From the NCBI GenBank assembly GCA_052426225.1, contig JBNJNM010000012.1, forward strand, positions 1,984,001-2,048,000: 64,000 bases of DNA, written 5' to 3'. This document shows, piece after piece, positions 38,938 to 49,800 of this stretch; the first letter of the stretch is position 1; every line of letters starts with the position of its first letter. This stretch comes from Zancudomyces culisetae HAW-14-8. Its lineage: Eukaryota; Fungi; Kickxellomycota. The notes under the pieces were generated by a model. That model had not been told where the DNA came from. It searched no databases and saw only the letters and a list, made by a program, of their open reading frames with translations. The position numbers and the translations under genes were made by a program.

Positions 38938-39001
38938 TGTATGGCTGTATGGTTGTATGGTTGTATGGCTGTATGGTTGTATGGCTGTATGGTTGTATGG
39001 C
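38938..39001. repeat. Octamer tandem repeat (TGTATGGY)x8
   Basis: Read directly from the sequence. Confidence 0.95.
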
Positions 39002-39928
39002 TAGATAGTTGTCACTTGATATTCTTTTTATTTATTGCTGAAATAGATATTAAAAGAGCACTAGAGTTATATTGAAACACAATGTTAATTAGGATGATAT
39101 ATTGATTAGCAGAGTTTCATTTAAAAAAAAGTGGGTTAGGTAGAAAATTCCAAGTGTTTACAGAAGGGAAAAAATAATACAAGACGATATTGGAAATGAT
39201 GGGAAGGGGGAGGGGAATACAGACATTTATATACTTATCAATGCTCGTTTAGCTTGAAAAAGAAACAAAAAAGAGTGGGATATAGCGATTTGGGGAAACT
39301 GCAAGTAAAGCGGTTTTATCATTATCCTAGTTTGTAAACATTATTCAGATATATCATGAAACTGTAAGAGTAAGAATATAATATACATATACATATATAT
39401 GTGTGTGTGTAGAATATTCCGGGTATGCACACATTGATTACTCATAAACATTCTTTTTTACATTTTCAACTCGCAAATAATTTTAATTAGCTCAATTTTT
39501 GTTGGTGGGTCCTCCCCCCTCCCCACTCCCAGAGAATAATCACACAAATTCAAATCGATCTTTGAATTTAAAATGTAGTTAAATCTTCTTTAAAGTAGTA
39601 TTGTATCCTGGATATCAAGTCAGTACTAGATAACTACTATGTGTTTAGCAGTAAAGATAAAATCCAAGTTATTGGGTGTGTAATAATTCAGAATAAAAGA
39701 ATAAAAGAATAAAAAAATAAAAGAAAGGTAAAAAAATATAATAATGATGGTATGAATGATGGCGTGGATGATCAATAATGCATAATTCATTTCCTCACTC
39801 CCTCATCCTGATATTACTTTGATGACTAAAAATTTTTTTTCTCTTTGAAAGAAAAAGGTGGAAAAGTGTGGAAATGGTGGAGAAGTAGAGTTAAATGAGC
39901 AGTAAGAATGATGGTTGCACCGAGATTT

Positions 39929-39997
39929 GATGTGTGTGTGTGTGTGTGGAGGGGGTGGAGGAGTGGAGAAGAAAGAGAGAGAGAGAGAGAGAGAGAA
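39929..39997. repeat. (GT)n and (GA)n microsatellites
   Basis: tgtgtgtg... followed by gagagaga... Confidence 0.9.
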
Positions 39998-40582
39998 AAG
40001 TGATCCACATCATTTCATTTTGGTTTATCTAGGATTTTTTGCTTTTACTTAACGAGATATTTATTTATATCTATGCTAGACATATGCGCAAGTTTTCTTT
40101 TGTTGGTAAGTAATAGTAGTATCCAAAATAACATTTTAGTAATAACAATAACCATCAAAGCTGAAGTTTCCCCACCACTCCCATCTCTCTTTGTTGAATC
40201 AAAGAGAGATTTGTATCACATTATTGATTAACATGCTAATCAAAAAAAAATTTTAGGGAAAGAGAATCAATATTGATTTGAGAGCAAAAGAAAAAAGACG
40301 GTAAAAGAAGAAATATATACAAACTGGAAAGTGTGAGTGAATGGGTTGGTTAGGGGTGAGGATCATTATTTCTAGTGTTATAAGGTTCTGAAATAAAAAA
40401 GGTGAAGCGGAAAATGTAAGAGTATGTGATGTTCAAACTAATAAAATTGTGATATTATCATGTCAAGTTATAATGTGGCATTTATTCCTTAATTGTAAAT
40501 GTAGTTGATGTTGGGTTTTTTACTCTTTTTTTATTTGGACTTGATTCTGAACACTTACTACAAAACCAAACTCAAAACCAAA

Positions 40583-40636
40583 AATCAGAATCAGAATCAG
40601 AATCAGAATCAGAATCAGAATCAGAATCAGAATCAG
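40583..40636. repeat. (AATCAG)x9 microsatellite
   Basis: Read directly from the sequence. Confidence 0.95.
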
Positions 40637-41103
40637 AATATAAAAAATTTTTTTTTACTATTTAAATGTTGATGGTGTATGAATAGTATTATAATTAGTA
40701 TAGTTGGATCAGAATATCAAGTAAAATAAAAAAAAATTTTTTTTTGGTATATAAAGCTTTGCCTAGTCAATATAAATTTGAAATCGTTATTTATTTGGGT
40801 TTAAAAGTAATTTTATTGGTAAAAAAAAAAAAAAAAGGAACACACACAAAAAAAAAAATTTTTTTTTTATTTTACAGTTTTACATGTGGAAACTGTTATT
40901 GAAATAGCAATAATAATAATAATAATAAAAACATACATACATATAGAAACAGAAACAAAGAAAAATAATTTTTAAAAGTTTAATAACGATAATAATATAT
41001 ACAAGACGTACAAACATTCTTTCTTTTTTTTTATTGTTTAGAGATTTATGAGATAGAAAAAGACTTGTAAAAAAAAAAGAGAGAAAAGAAAAAAATAGGA
41101 GTG

Positions 41104-44100
41104 ATGGATATATCGAGACCAATTAATTCACAGGTTAAGAGCATCAAGTTCACGAGTTATAGCAGTGCGGAGGTGCGAAAGATCTCGGTGAAACAGATTG
41201 TAAATCCGGTTTTGTTGGATATCCTGGGAAACCCGACAAAAGGGGGGTTGTACGATCCTGCACTGGGACCATACTCGATGAATATTCTGTGTTCGACATG
41301 TAGTTTGGATTATGGAAGTTGTCCGGGGCATTTTGGACATATAGAGATGCCAACACCGGTTTTCAATACGTTGCTATTTGATTATATGTACAAGTTGCTT
41401 AGTGGCGTATGTTTTTTCTGTTTGAAGTTTAGGATGTCGCGAGTGGAAGGAGTAAAGTTGGAGTGTCGATTGAAGTTGTTAAAGTACGGAAGGGTTAAGG
41501 AGAGTATTGAAGTTGAACAGATGCAGTTGGAAAAGAAGGTATCGGGAGGAAAAAGACAAGGGCAAGGACCAGAAGATGAGAGCGAGGAAGCTGTTGGAGA
41601 GATATTTGAAGGGGAAGTTGAGGGAAAAGAGAATACAAAACAGATGGAAAGCAACCAAGAATTTATAGAGCGAATGAGGGAGTTTACAGCCAAGGCATTG
41701 GAAGGAGTAGAAGGGAAATCAGAGTATAGTGATGAGCAAAAGATCACATTGGTATATGAGGAGCGTAGAAGGGCAATAAAAAGTTTTTATGAAAAGATGA
41801 GTAAACTGAAATGTGAAAAGTGCAAGGCGCCAGGATGCAAGTTGCGAAGAGATGGTAGTTTGAAGGTGTTCAAACGACCATATACAGCCAAGGAAAAGGC
41901 GTTGATATATGCGATGGATATTAAGGAGCCAGATGTGTTGAAGATCGATGTTAGTAAATACAAAGCAGAGGATGAAGAAGAGAAATACGAGGGGATGAAA
42001 AATGGGGATGATGGAGAGGATCAATTAATGGAAGAAGATGAGGAAAATGGAAATGAGGATAGTGAAGATGGAGATAGTGACAGTGGAGAGGATATTAGTA
42101 AGCTAAAGGAACAAGTAGTCAAGCCAAAGGTAGGAGGAAAAGAGACGTACCAATATTTGACGTCAATACATGTTAAGAAGCTGATGAGTTTGGTTAGCAA
42201 GACGGAGGGCAAATTGCTGGAGTTGGTATTTGCACAGGAGAATGAGGAAGGGTCAAGGTATATAATGGACATGTTTTTTATTGAGACATTAGCAGTTCCA
42301 CCAACCAGATTCAGACCAGCAAATATGATAAATGGACAAGTGATGGAGAATCCACAAAACACGTATTTGGGAAGTATACTTAGCACATGTGCGAGTATGC
42401 GCGAGATAGTAGCAGGAACACAAAAGACCAATGGTGGTAAAGAAGGAGGAGCAAGCAAAAGTGTATTTGAGAGAATGATAGGAATGATGGTGCAGTTACA
42501 GCAACAGGTTAACAATTTTATAGATAGTTCCAAAAACCCAACTAAAGGTAAAAGAGGAGAACCACCAGCACCAGGAATCCGACAATTGATGGAAAAGAAG
42601 GAAGGGTTGTTCCGAAGCAACATGATGGGAAAGCGAGTGAATTATGCGGCAAGATCGGTTATTTCACCCGATCCCAATCTTGAAACAAACGAGGTAGGAG
42701 TGCCACCGGTATTTGCGACCAAGTTGACATTCCCAGAGTCCGTGACGGAGTTCAATGTGGAACAGTTACGCAAGGCGGTGATTAATGGGCCAGATGTATG
42801 GCCAGGAGCAAGTGCGGTACAACATGAGGATGGGTCAATTACATCGTTGGGGAGACTGAGTGTAGAGTCGAGAATAGCGTTGGCTAACCAATTGATGACA
42901 CCACAGCAAGGAAATGGGAAGCAAAGACTTGGGAATATTATGGAGTCGGGGGATACACATTGTGCGAAGAAGGTGATGCGGCATTTGCGAAATGGGGATT
43001 ATGTGATATTCAACCGACAGCCAACGCTGCATAAGCCATCGATGATGGGACACAAGGTGCGGGTGTTACCAGGGGAGCGTACAATCCGTATGCATTATGT
43101 CAACTGTAACACATACAATGCGGATTTTGATGGAGATGAAATGAACATGCATTTCCCACAGTCGTATGCAGGAATGGCAGAGGCACGGGAGATAGCCAAG
43201 ACGGATTTCCAATACTTGGCGCCTACTAATGGAGGGCCATTGAGAGGATTGATTCAGGATGCAGTGGATGCGGGAGTAATGTTGACCAACAAGGATACGT
43301 TTTTGACTCAGGAGGAGTATTTCCAGTTGATATATGTAGCAGTCAAGCCCGAGACGACGGGGCAGGCAGGAAGCAAGATTATTACGTTGCCACCAGCATT
43401 GTTGAAACCAAGACCTAGATGGACGGGGAAGCAGGTAGTATCTACAATACTTTTGAATTTGACAAGTGGGAAACATCCACCCAATATCACAGCAAAGAGT
43501 AAAGTATCGGCCAAGTTGTGTGGAAGCAAAGATGAGAGCCAGGTCGAAGTGGTAGATGGAGAGTTGGTGACGGGGATAATAGACAAGGCGCAGTATGGAG
43601 CATCGGAGTATGGTATGGTGCATGCGGTTTATGAGTTGTATGGACCGACAGCGGCCGGAGTGTTGTTGGGAATGTTGAGTCGGTTGTTTGTTAGTTATTT
43701 CCAATACAATGGGTTTTCTTGTAGTATTGATGATTTGAGATTGACAGCACAAGGAGAGGAAAAACGAAAGCAGATTATTAATGAAGCTAGTGGACAAGGA
43801 TATCAAGTAGCAAAAGAAGTTGTAGGATTAGCTGGAAAAGGTCAAAATCAAAATCAAAATCAAGATGAGGAAGAGAAGGATGAGGAGGATCAAAGAGAAG
43901 AGTTGAGAAAACGTATGGAGAAATTAACCAAGAATGGAGATCATGTAGCTCAAATGGATAGAGCAATGAAGGCCAAAACCAGTCAATTGACATCTACTAT
44001 TATTGACAGTACACTACCACAGCATTTAGAAAAGCCATTCCCTCGTAACCAAATGATGGTAATGACAACCAGTGGAGCAAAAGGATCGCAAGTCAACTTT

Positions 44101-46686
44101 TCGCAGATTTCGTGTTGTTTGGGACAGCAGGAACTTGAGGGCAAACGTGTACCATTGATGATTAGTGGCAAGACATTGCCATCATTTGCACGGTATGATG
44201 TAAGTGCAAGAGCTGGTGGGTATATTTCGCAGCGCTTTTTGACGGGAATCAAACCACAGGAGTTCTATTTCCATTGTATGGCGGGTCGTGAAGGGTTGAT
44301 TGATACGGCTGTAAAGACAGCCAATTCGGGTTACTTGCAGCGTTGTTTGATTAAGCATTTGGAAGATCTGTCCGTCCACTACGACTATTCGGTGCGGATG
44401 AATAGTGACGGTTCTATCGTTCAGTTCCTTTATGGAGAAGATGGATTGGATGTATGTAAACAGAAATATTTGTTGAGATCAATTGATGATGATAATAATA
44501 ATAACCGAAGAGACGATGCGTTTTTCAACAAGAATTACAATTTGATTCGTGACTTTAAATTATCTCCCCACTTGTTACTTTCTTCAGGAAATAACAACAA
44601 CAATGGAAATGGCGATGTATTGATTGATGAAATCAATGCCATTAAACACAACAAAAGGGCTACAAAGAAGCCTGGCAAGTATGATCCTGCAATTTCCATC
44701 TACAATCCTTCGCGTCATCTTGGATCCGTTTCCGAAAAATTCTATGACTACATTAATAATCTGACTGAAACTGGTGCCACTGCTTCTGACTCCAAGGCTG
44801 CAAAGAAACTCAAATTGTTGATGTATTTGTACTACATGGATTCGCTTGTTCATCCTGGTGAAAATGTTGGTCTTTTGGCTGCCCAATCTGTCGGTGAACC
44901 TTCTACCCAAATGACTCTAAATACTTTCCATTTGGCTGGTATTGGTGGTGCCAAAAATGTCACTTTGGGTATTCCTAGATTGCGTGAAATCATCATGACT
45001 GCTTCTAAACTACCAAAGACTCCCAATATGAAGTTGGTTTTCAATCTTGATAAATGCCTCAACAACAATCTTGATCTCAATATGGCTATTTCTAATATTG
45101 AAAAGACCTTGAATAGATTTACTTTGGCTGATATTATGGATAATATTCAAATCACTGAAACTCTAGTTTCCTTTGCCAATTCTAAATCTAATTCTAAATC
45201 TAACAATAACACCAATACCAATACCAAGGATGTTAAACAAACCGGTACTCGTTATAAACAATACAACATCCAACTCAATATTTACTCCTTACCTCAAATC
45301 ACTTCTTTATTCAGAACATCAAATAATTCTACTCCTCAAGAACTTGAAGCTCAAGTACTTGAAATCATTGAGCATACCATTGAAACTCAATTTGTACCAA
45401 GACTTACTTCTATTATTAACAAGGAAATGAGAACCAAGGATTCTTCATCATCTTCATTATCCTCTTCATCTCCAACTGCTAGTAATGGTGTAAGTGCGGG
45501 TAGAACAAGAAATACCAATAATAAAAATGATGCTAATGAAGAATTGGATAAATCTACTGAATTCAAAGTCAAATCATTATCCAACAAGTCTGCTACTCAA
45601 CAAGGTGGCAATGATGATGGAGATGATGAACAAGAGGAACAAGATGATTTGAATAATAATAATAGAGATCAAGAGACTGAAATGATGGAACTTGAATTGG
45701 GTGGTGCTGCTACTGACAAATATCTATACAACAAGTCAATTTCCAATAATGAACAAGTAGATTCCGACTTGGAAGTCGCTGACAAGGATGATTCAGACTC
45801 TGATTCTGATTCAGATTCAGACTCTGATTCTTCAAGTACTGATGTTGACATGTCTACAATTAACGATATCAAATCACAATTATCAAACTCAACAACAACA
45901 ACAACAACAAAAGCGACAAAAGCAACAACTAAAAAAGTTATCAAGACAGATTTAAAACGTCGTGACCGTATAATTTCAAGTTCCGCAAATATCACACAAT
46001 ACTCATTCACTGCTTCATCTACATTTGTTACTTGCAACATAACATATAACAATTATTCCAATACATCAACAATGAATTCCAAAAAATTCCTAATGACCGA
46101 GTATTGTGAACGAGCTTGTAAAAATTCCATTATTCATCATGTATCAGGAATCAAATCTTGTTATAGAATCACTGAAAATAACAACAATAAAAACAATAAA
46201 AACAATACTGGTGGTGCTAATACAGTTACATTTGGTACTGATGGTTCTAATTTTGTCGGAATTTGGAATCTCTTGACCTTTGACTCTGATTTGTTGGAAT
46301 CCTTGGATACTTCTTCCATCTACACAAATGACATCCATGCCATCCTCACCCATTACGGTGTAGAAGCTGCTCGTGCCGCCATCCAGCGTGAAATCAGAGC
46401 TGTCTTTGATGTCTACCATATCAGCGTCGATCCTCGCCACCTGGGCTTGATTGCCGACTACATGACCTTCTCTGGTGCCTACCGTCCCTTCAGTCGTGTC
46501 GGTATCCAATCTGCCACCTCTTCCCCTCTTGCTAAAATGTCCTATGAAACTACTTGTTCCTTCCTCAGAGAATCCGTTGTTTATAACGAAACTGATCATT
46601 TACGTGGTCCTTCTGCTAGAATTGTCGCTGGTGTCCCTGTTGCCTCTGGAACTGGCTTTTTCGATGTTCTTTCTACTCGTTCTTGA
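41104..46686 (+). CDS. RPA190: RNA polymerase I largest subunit
   Basis: 'MDISRP', 'GGLYDPALGP', 'CPGHFGHI', 'KKEGLFRSNMMGKRVNY', catalytic 'YNADFDGDEMN', 'GEPSTQMTLNTFH'. Confidence 0.98.
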   Translation: MDISRPINSQVKSIKFTSYSSAEVRKISVKQIVNPVLLDILGNPTKGGLYDPALGPYSMNILCSTCSLDYGSCPGHFGHIEMPTPVFNTLLFDYMYKLLSGVCFFCLKFRMSRVEGVKLECRLKLLKYGRVKESIEVEQMQLEKKVSGGKRQGQGPEDESEEAVGEIFEGEVEGKENTKQMESNQEFIERMREFTAKALEGVEGKSEYSDEQKITLVYEERRRAIKSFYEKMSKLKCEKCKAPGCKLRRDGSLKVFKRPYTAKEKALIYAMDIKEPDVLKIDVSKYKAEDEEEKYEGMKNGDDGEDQLMEEDEENGNEDSEDGDSDSGEDISKLKEQVVKPKVGGKETYQYLTSIHVKKLMSLVSKTEGKLLELVFAQENEEGSRYIMDMFFIETLAVPPTRFRPANMINGQVMENPQNTYLGSILSTCASMREIVAGTQKTNGGKEGGASKSVFERMIGMMVQLQQQVNNFIDSSKNPTKGKRGEPPAPGIRQLMEKKEGLFRSNMMGKRVNYAARSVISPDPNLETNEVGVPPVFATKLTFPESVTEFNVEQLRKAVINGPDVWPGASAVQHEDGSITSLGRLSVESRIALANQLMTPQQGNGKQRLGNIMESGDTHCAKKVMRHLRNGDYVIFNRQPTLHKPSMMGHKVRVLPGERTIRMHYVNCNTYNADFDGDEMNMHFPQSYAGMAEAREIAKTDFQYLAPTNGGPLRGLIQDAVDAGVMLTNKDTFLTQEEYFQLIYVAVKPETTGQAGSKIITLPPALLKPRPRWTGKQVVSTILLNLTSGKHPPNITAKSKVSAKLCGSKDESQVEVVDGELVTGIIDKAQYGASEYGMVHAVYELYGPTAAGVLLGMLSRLFVSYFQYNGFSCSIDDLRLTAQGEEKRKQIINEASGQGYQVAKEVVGLAGKGQNQNQNQDEEEKDEEDQREELRKRMEKLTKNGDHVAQMDRAMKAKTSQLTSTIIDSTLPQHLEKPFPRNQMMVMTTSGAKGSQVNFSQISCCLGQQELEGKRVPLMISGKTLPSFARYDVSARAGGYISQRFLTGIKPQEFYFHCMAGREGLIDTAVKTANSGYLQRCLIKHLEDLSVHYDYSVRMNSDGSIVQFLYGEDGLDVCKQKYLLRSIDDDNNNNRRDDAFFNKNYNLIRDFKLSPHLLLSSGNNNNNGNGDVLIDEINAIKHNKRATKKPGKYDPAISIYNPSRHLGSVSEKFYDYINNLTETGATASDSKAAKKLKLLMYLYYMDSLVHPGENVGLLAAQSVGEPSTQMTLNTFHLAGIGGAKNVTLGIPRLREIIMTASKLPKTPNMKLVFNLDKCLNNNLDLNMAISNIEKTLNRFTLADIMDNIQITETLVSFANSKSNSKSNNNTNTNTKDVKQTGTRYKQYNIQLNIYSLPQITSLFRTSNNSTPQELEAQVLEIIEHTIETQFVPRLTSIINKEMRTKDSSSSSLSSSSPTASNGVSAGRTRNTNNKNDANEELDKSTEFKVKSLSNKSATQQGGNDDGDDEQEEQDDLNNNNRDQETEMMELELGGAATDKYLYNKSISNNEQVDSDLEVADKDDSDSDSDSDSDSDSSSTDVDMSTINDIKSQLSNSTTTTTTKATKATTKKVIKTDLKRRDRIISSSANITQYSFTASSTFVTCNITYNNYSNTSTMNSKKFLMTEYCERACKNSIIHHVSGIKSCYRITENNNNKNNKNNTGGANTVTFGTDGSNFVGIWNLLTFDSDLLESLDTSSIYTNDIHAILTHYGVEAARAAIQREIRAVFDVYHISVDPRHLGLIADYMTFSGAYRPFSRVGIQSATSSPLAKMSYETTCSFLRESVVYNETDHLRGPSARIVAGVPVASGTGFFDVLSTRS

Positions 46687-46856
46687 TTTTCTCCTCTCTT
46701 TTTATTTTATTCTAATTTATTCTAATTTATTTATTTAATTTATTGACTTTTTATTTGCAATTGTTGTCTAACTCTATATATAAAACTACTAGCAATAATA
46801 ATAATATTAATATAATAATAATACCACAAAAACTATTTTTCTAAATACGTCTCCCT

Positions 46857-49800
46857 TTATGCTACTATAGAAAATAGTGTTCCTATCCCTCCGTCACATA
46901 TTCCAACTCGTTTCTTTTCCTTTCCATTTCCATTTACATTTCCATTTATGTTTATATTTATACTTTTTCCTTCAGTTTCAACAAACTCATACCATTCCTC
47001 TTCTCTTTTAAAAATAAATCCCAACATCATTGATGGATCCATTTCCTCCATTCGCATACTCTTTAATTTAATACTAACATTTCTCGCTCCAATCTTTGAA
47101 TGTTCATAATCCTCTCCTCCATTATACATTTCTTCTTTTGTTCCTGTTGTTGCTCTTGATCTTGTTTTCATGCTACCTCTTACGTTTTCATTAACTCGGC
47201 TACTCAACACCTCTATAAACTCCATTTCTCTATCTTTTCCACAATTATAACTATCATTATCATCATAACTATCACCATCACTATAACCATAACCATAACC
47301 ATTATTATTACTATTATTGTCTTTGTTTTGTGGTATCGTTTGCTGATTCTTTTTGATATAATGAGGATCCAGATACAGCAAATTACCATTCTGTTCACCT
47401 ATAAAATAAACGGATTTCCCTGGACTACCTCCAACTATCCCAATACTACTACCAAGCCTAAACATCCGTTGAATCCGTGAATGGTACTCCTTGTTGATTC
47501 CATGTCCATTCAACCCCAACCGTATTGGAACTAGTAAAACAACTGGTTTTCTCCATTCTCCCACTCCTCCTCCCACTCCCACTCCTCCTCCGTCAAAAAA
47601 TCCCTCTCGCACCACTTGTCTCACATTCACCAATTGATCCTTTGCTACCACCACCCGAACTGGACATTCCTCCCCATGCATCTCTGTCAACACCCGCATT
47701 GCATATGCTGCTGTTGTTGGTCCAAACCATTCTCCCACTTTTTTATCAAACCTCATCCCAGCCTGTGCAAATGCATGAATCGAATACTGCCCTCGGCTTG
47801 AATTCCTCGCTTTTCTTGTACTATATTCATCTATTTGATCATATCCCTCTTCTTCTTGTTCTTCTTGTTTTTTCTTTATACCTTTATTATTTGTTCCACT
47901 TTCACTACTTTCACTACTTTCAATACTACCACTCCTGTTGTCTAGTTCCATTTCTGTTTCCATGCCTGATTTTTGTACTTGCTGTTCTTGGTTTCTAATC
48001 TGTCCATAATAATAATACATATCTTTATACTCTGCAAATCGACTGTTATACTCATCATGTTCTCCTCCTCCTCTAAGATTACTTTTAGTACTTGCGTTCC
48101 TCTGTAAACCCCACATACTGCCCTTGTTAACAAGGCTTTTATTTCCATTTACAGTTTCGCAGTGTTTTAATTTTGGTTGTGATTGCGACCGTAATTTTGA
48201 ATGTGGTTGTGGTTGCGCTTGATCATCCGCAAACCACTCTTCAATCTGTTGATACCACATCCCCGACAATTGTTCCGGCGGCCTTACCGTACCAACATGT
48301 ACCCGCGGCCACACTGCAGTCACATATCCGTCTTCATATGTTGGATGACTAATTGGAACCACCCGCTTAAACACCTCTGCCAACATCATTTGTGCTGACC
48401 GATGCATACATCCCCATCCTACATCCGATGTATAACTTGATGGCTCTACTGGTTTAAACCCCTTCCCATATTGGAAATACATTCGCTGACTCACTGCATA
48501 TAACAGCTGCATCAACGTGTGTTGGTTTTCACTCATTTCGCTCCACCACAAATCCCGTGTAGTTGCTGTTGTTGTTGTTGTTGATTCGCCATTATTTTTA
48601 TCAGCTTCATTCTCTACTTCCTCATCAAAACAATCCTTTCCTATATAAACTTCTACCCGATTTATATTTTCATCTGCATTTGCTATTCTGTACGTATCTA
48701 TGTTTCCTCTTGTTGATTCTGCACTCAATTTATTCACCCTTTTGAACTCCAATGGTTTTTTAACCTTTGCGTTCTCCTCTTCTCCTCCCCCCTCGTCTAT
48801 ACTTGCTATTGGGTGAATAAACTTATCTCTGCTTTTACTTTTGTTTCTAATACTAGTGTCAATACGCCTACCAATACTATTGCTATGCCCAATAAACGAT
48901 ACTATGGTATTCATTCTTTCCATCATATTTGCACCTCCTTTCCCCCCTCTTTTCTCATCATTCTCTGATTGTTGTTGTTGTTGTTGTTGTTTTTCATAAT
49001 TATGAGCTTGCTCTTCCATATATGATTCTGGCCACAAATACTCTTGTAATGACCTTCTTTCTTCTTCCAACATAACCACCATTTTTTCTCTTACATTTTC
49101 ATCCCGTTGAAATTTCTTTCTTGTTTTCTTGTCCCAATTTCTCACATCCGAATATCCTATAACCACCTGTCGGATTTGTGTAATTCCATCTGAATATCCT
49201 TTCATCTTTGCACTGTTTTGATCCTTCTCTATCGATCCTTCCCCCCTACCCCACATACCCCCCTTATCCTCCATATAATATCCTCTAGCATCTTTCCCAC
49301 TATCAAGTAACTTTGTCATTTCATGCACTCCTACTTTTTCTTGTTTTTGTATAATCGATATTTGTATCAACTTTTTAACACGACACTCCCATTCTTGTTT
49401 GCACAAAATAGTGCCGCTCTTCTGTATTCTCCCCACCCGGCTCCCTTTTCTTTCAACTGAATTACTAGTTACACTTTCTCCATCTCTATCAGCTCTTTTC
49501 ATCGATTGTGTGCGTCCAGTAGATTGGTTTGAACATTTACATTGCGGCTTCTTGTAACACACCACCCATCCATAATTACTAATCTGCTTGATTTTACATT
49601 CACTCTTTTTGGCCCATTCCACTATCTTGCTTAATGTCACTGTTTGCTGGAAACTCGGAATCTCCCAACCATCACTCAACCTCCCATAAAACATTGGCAT
49701 CTCCGTCTTGACTTTTTGCTCATACTTATTTACCAACTTTATTCCCAAATATTCCGGTATTTTTTCGGGGTAGTTGTTATCACCATTATCGGTAACCCCA

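Noticed and set aside
38938-40636. Tandem repeats as CRISPR or telomere-like arrays
   Set aside because: No spacers, eukaryotic context, short internal microsatellites
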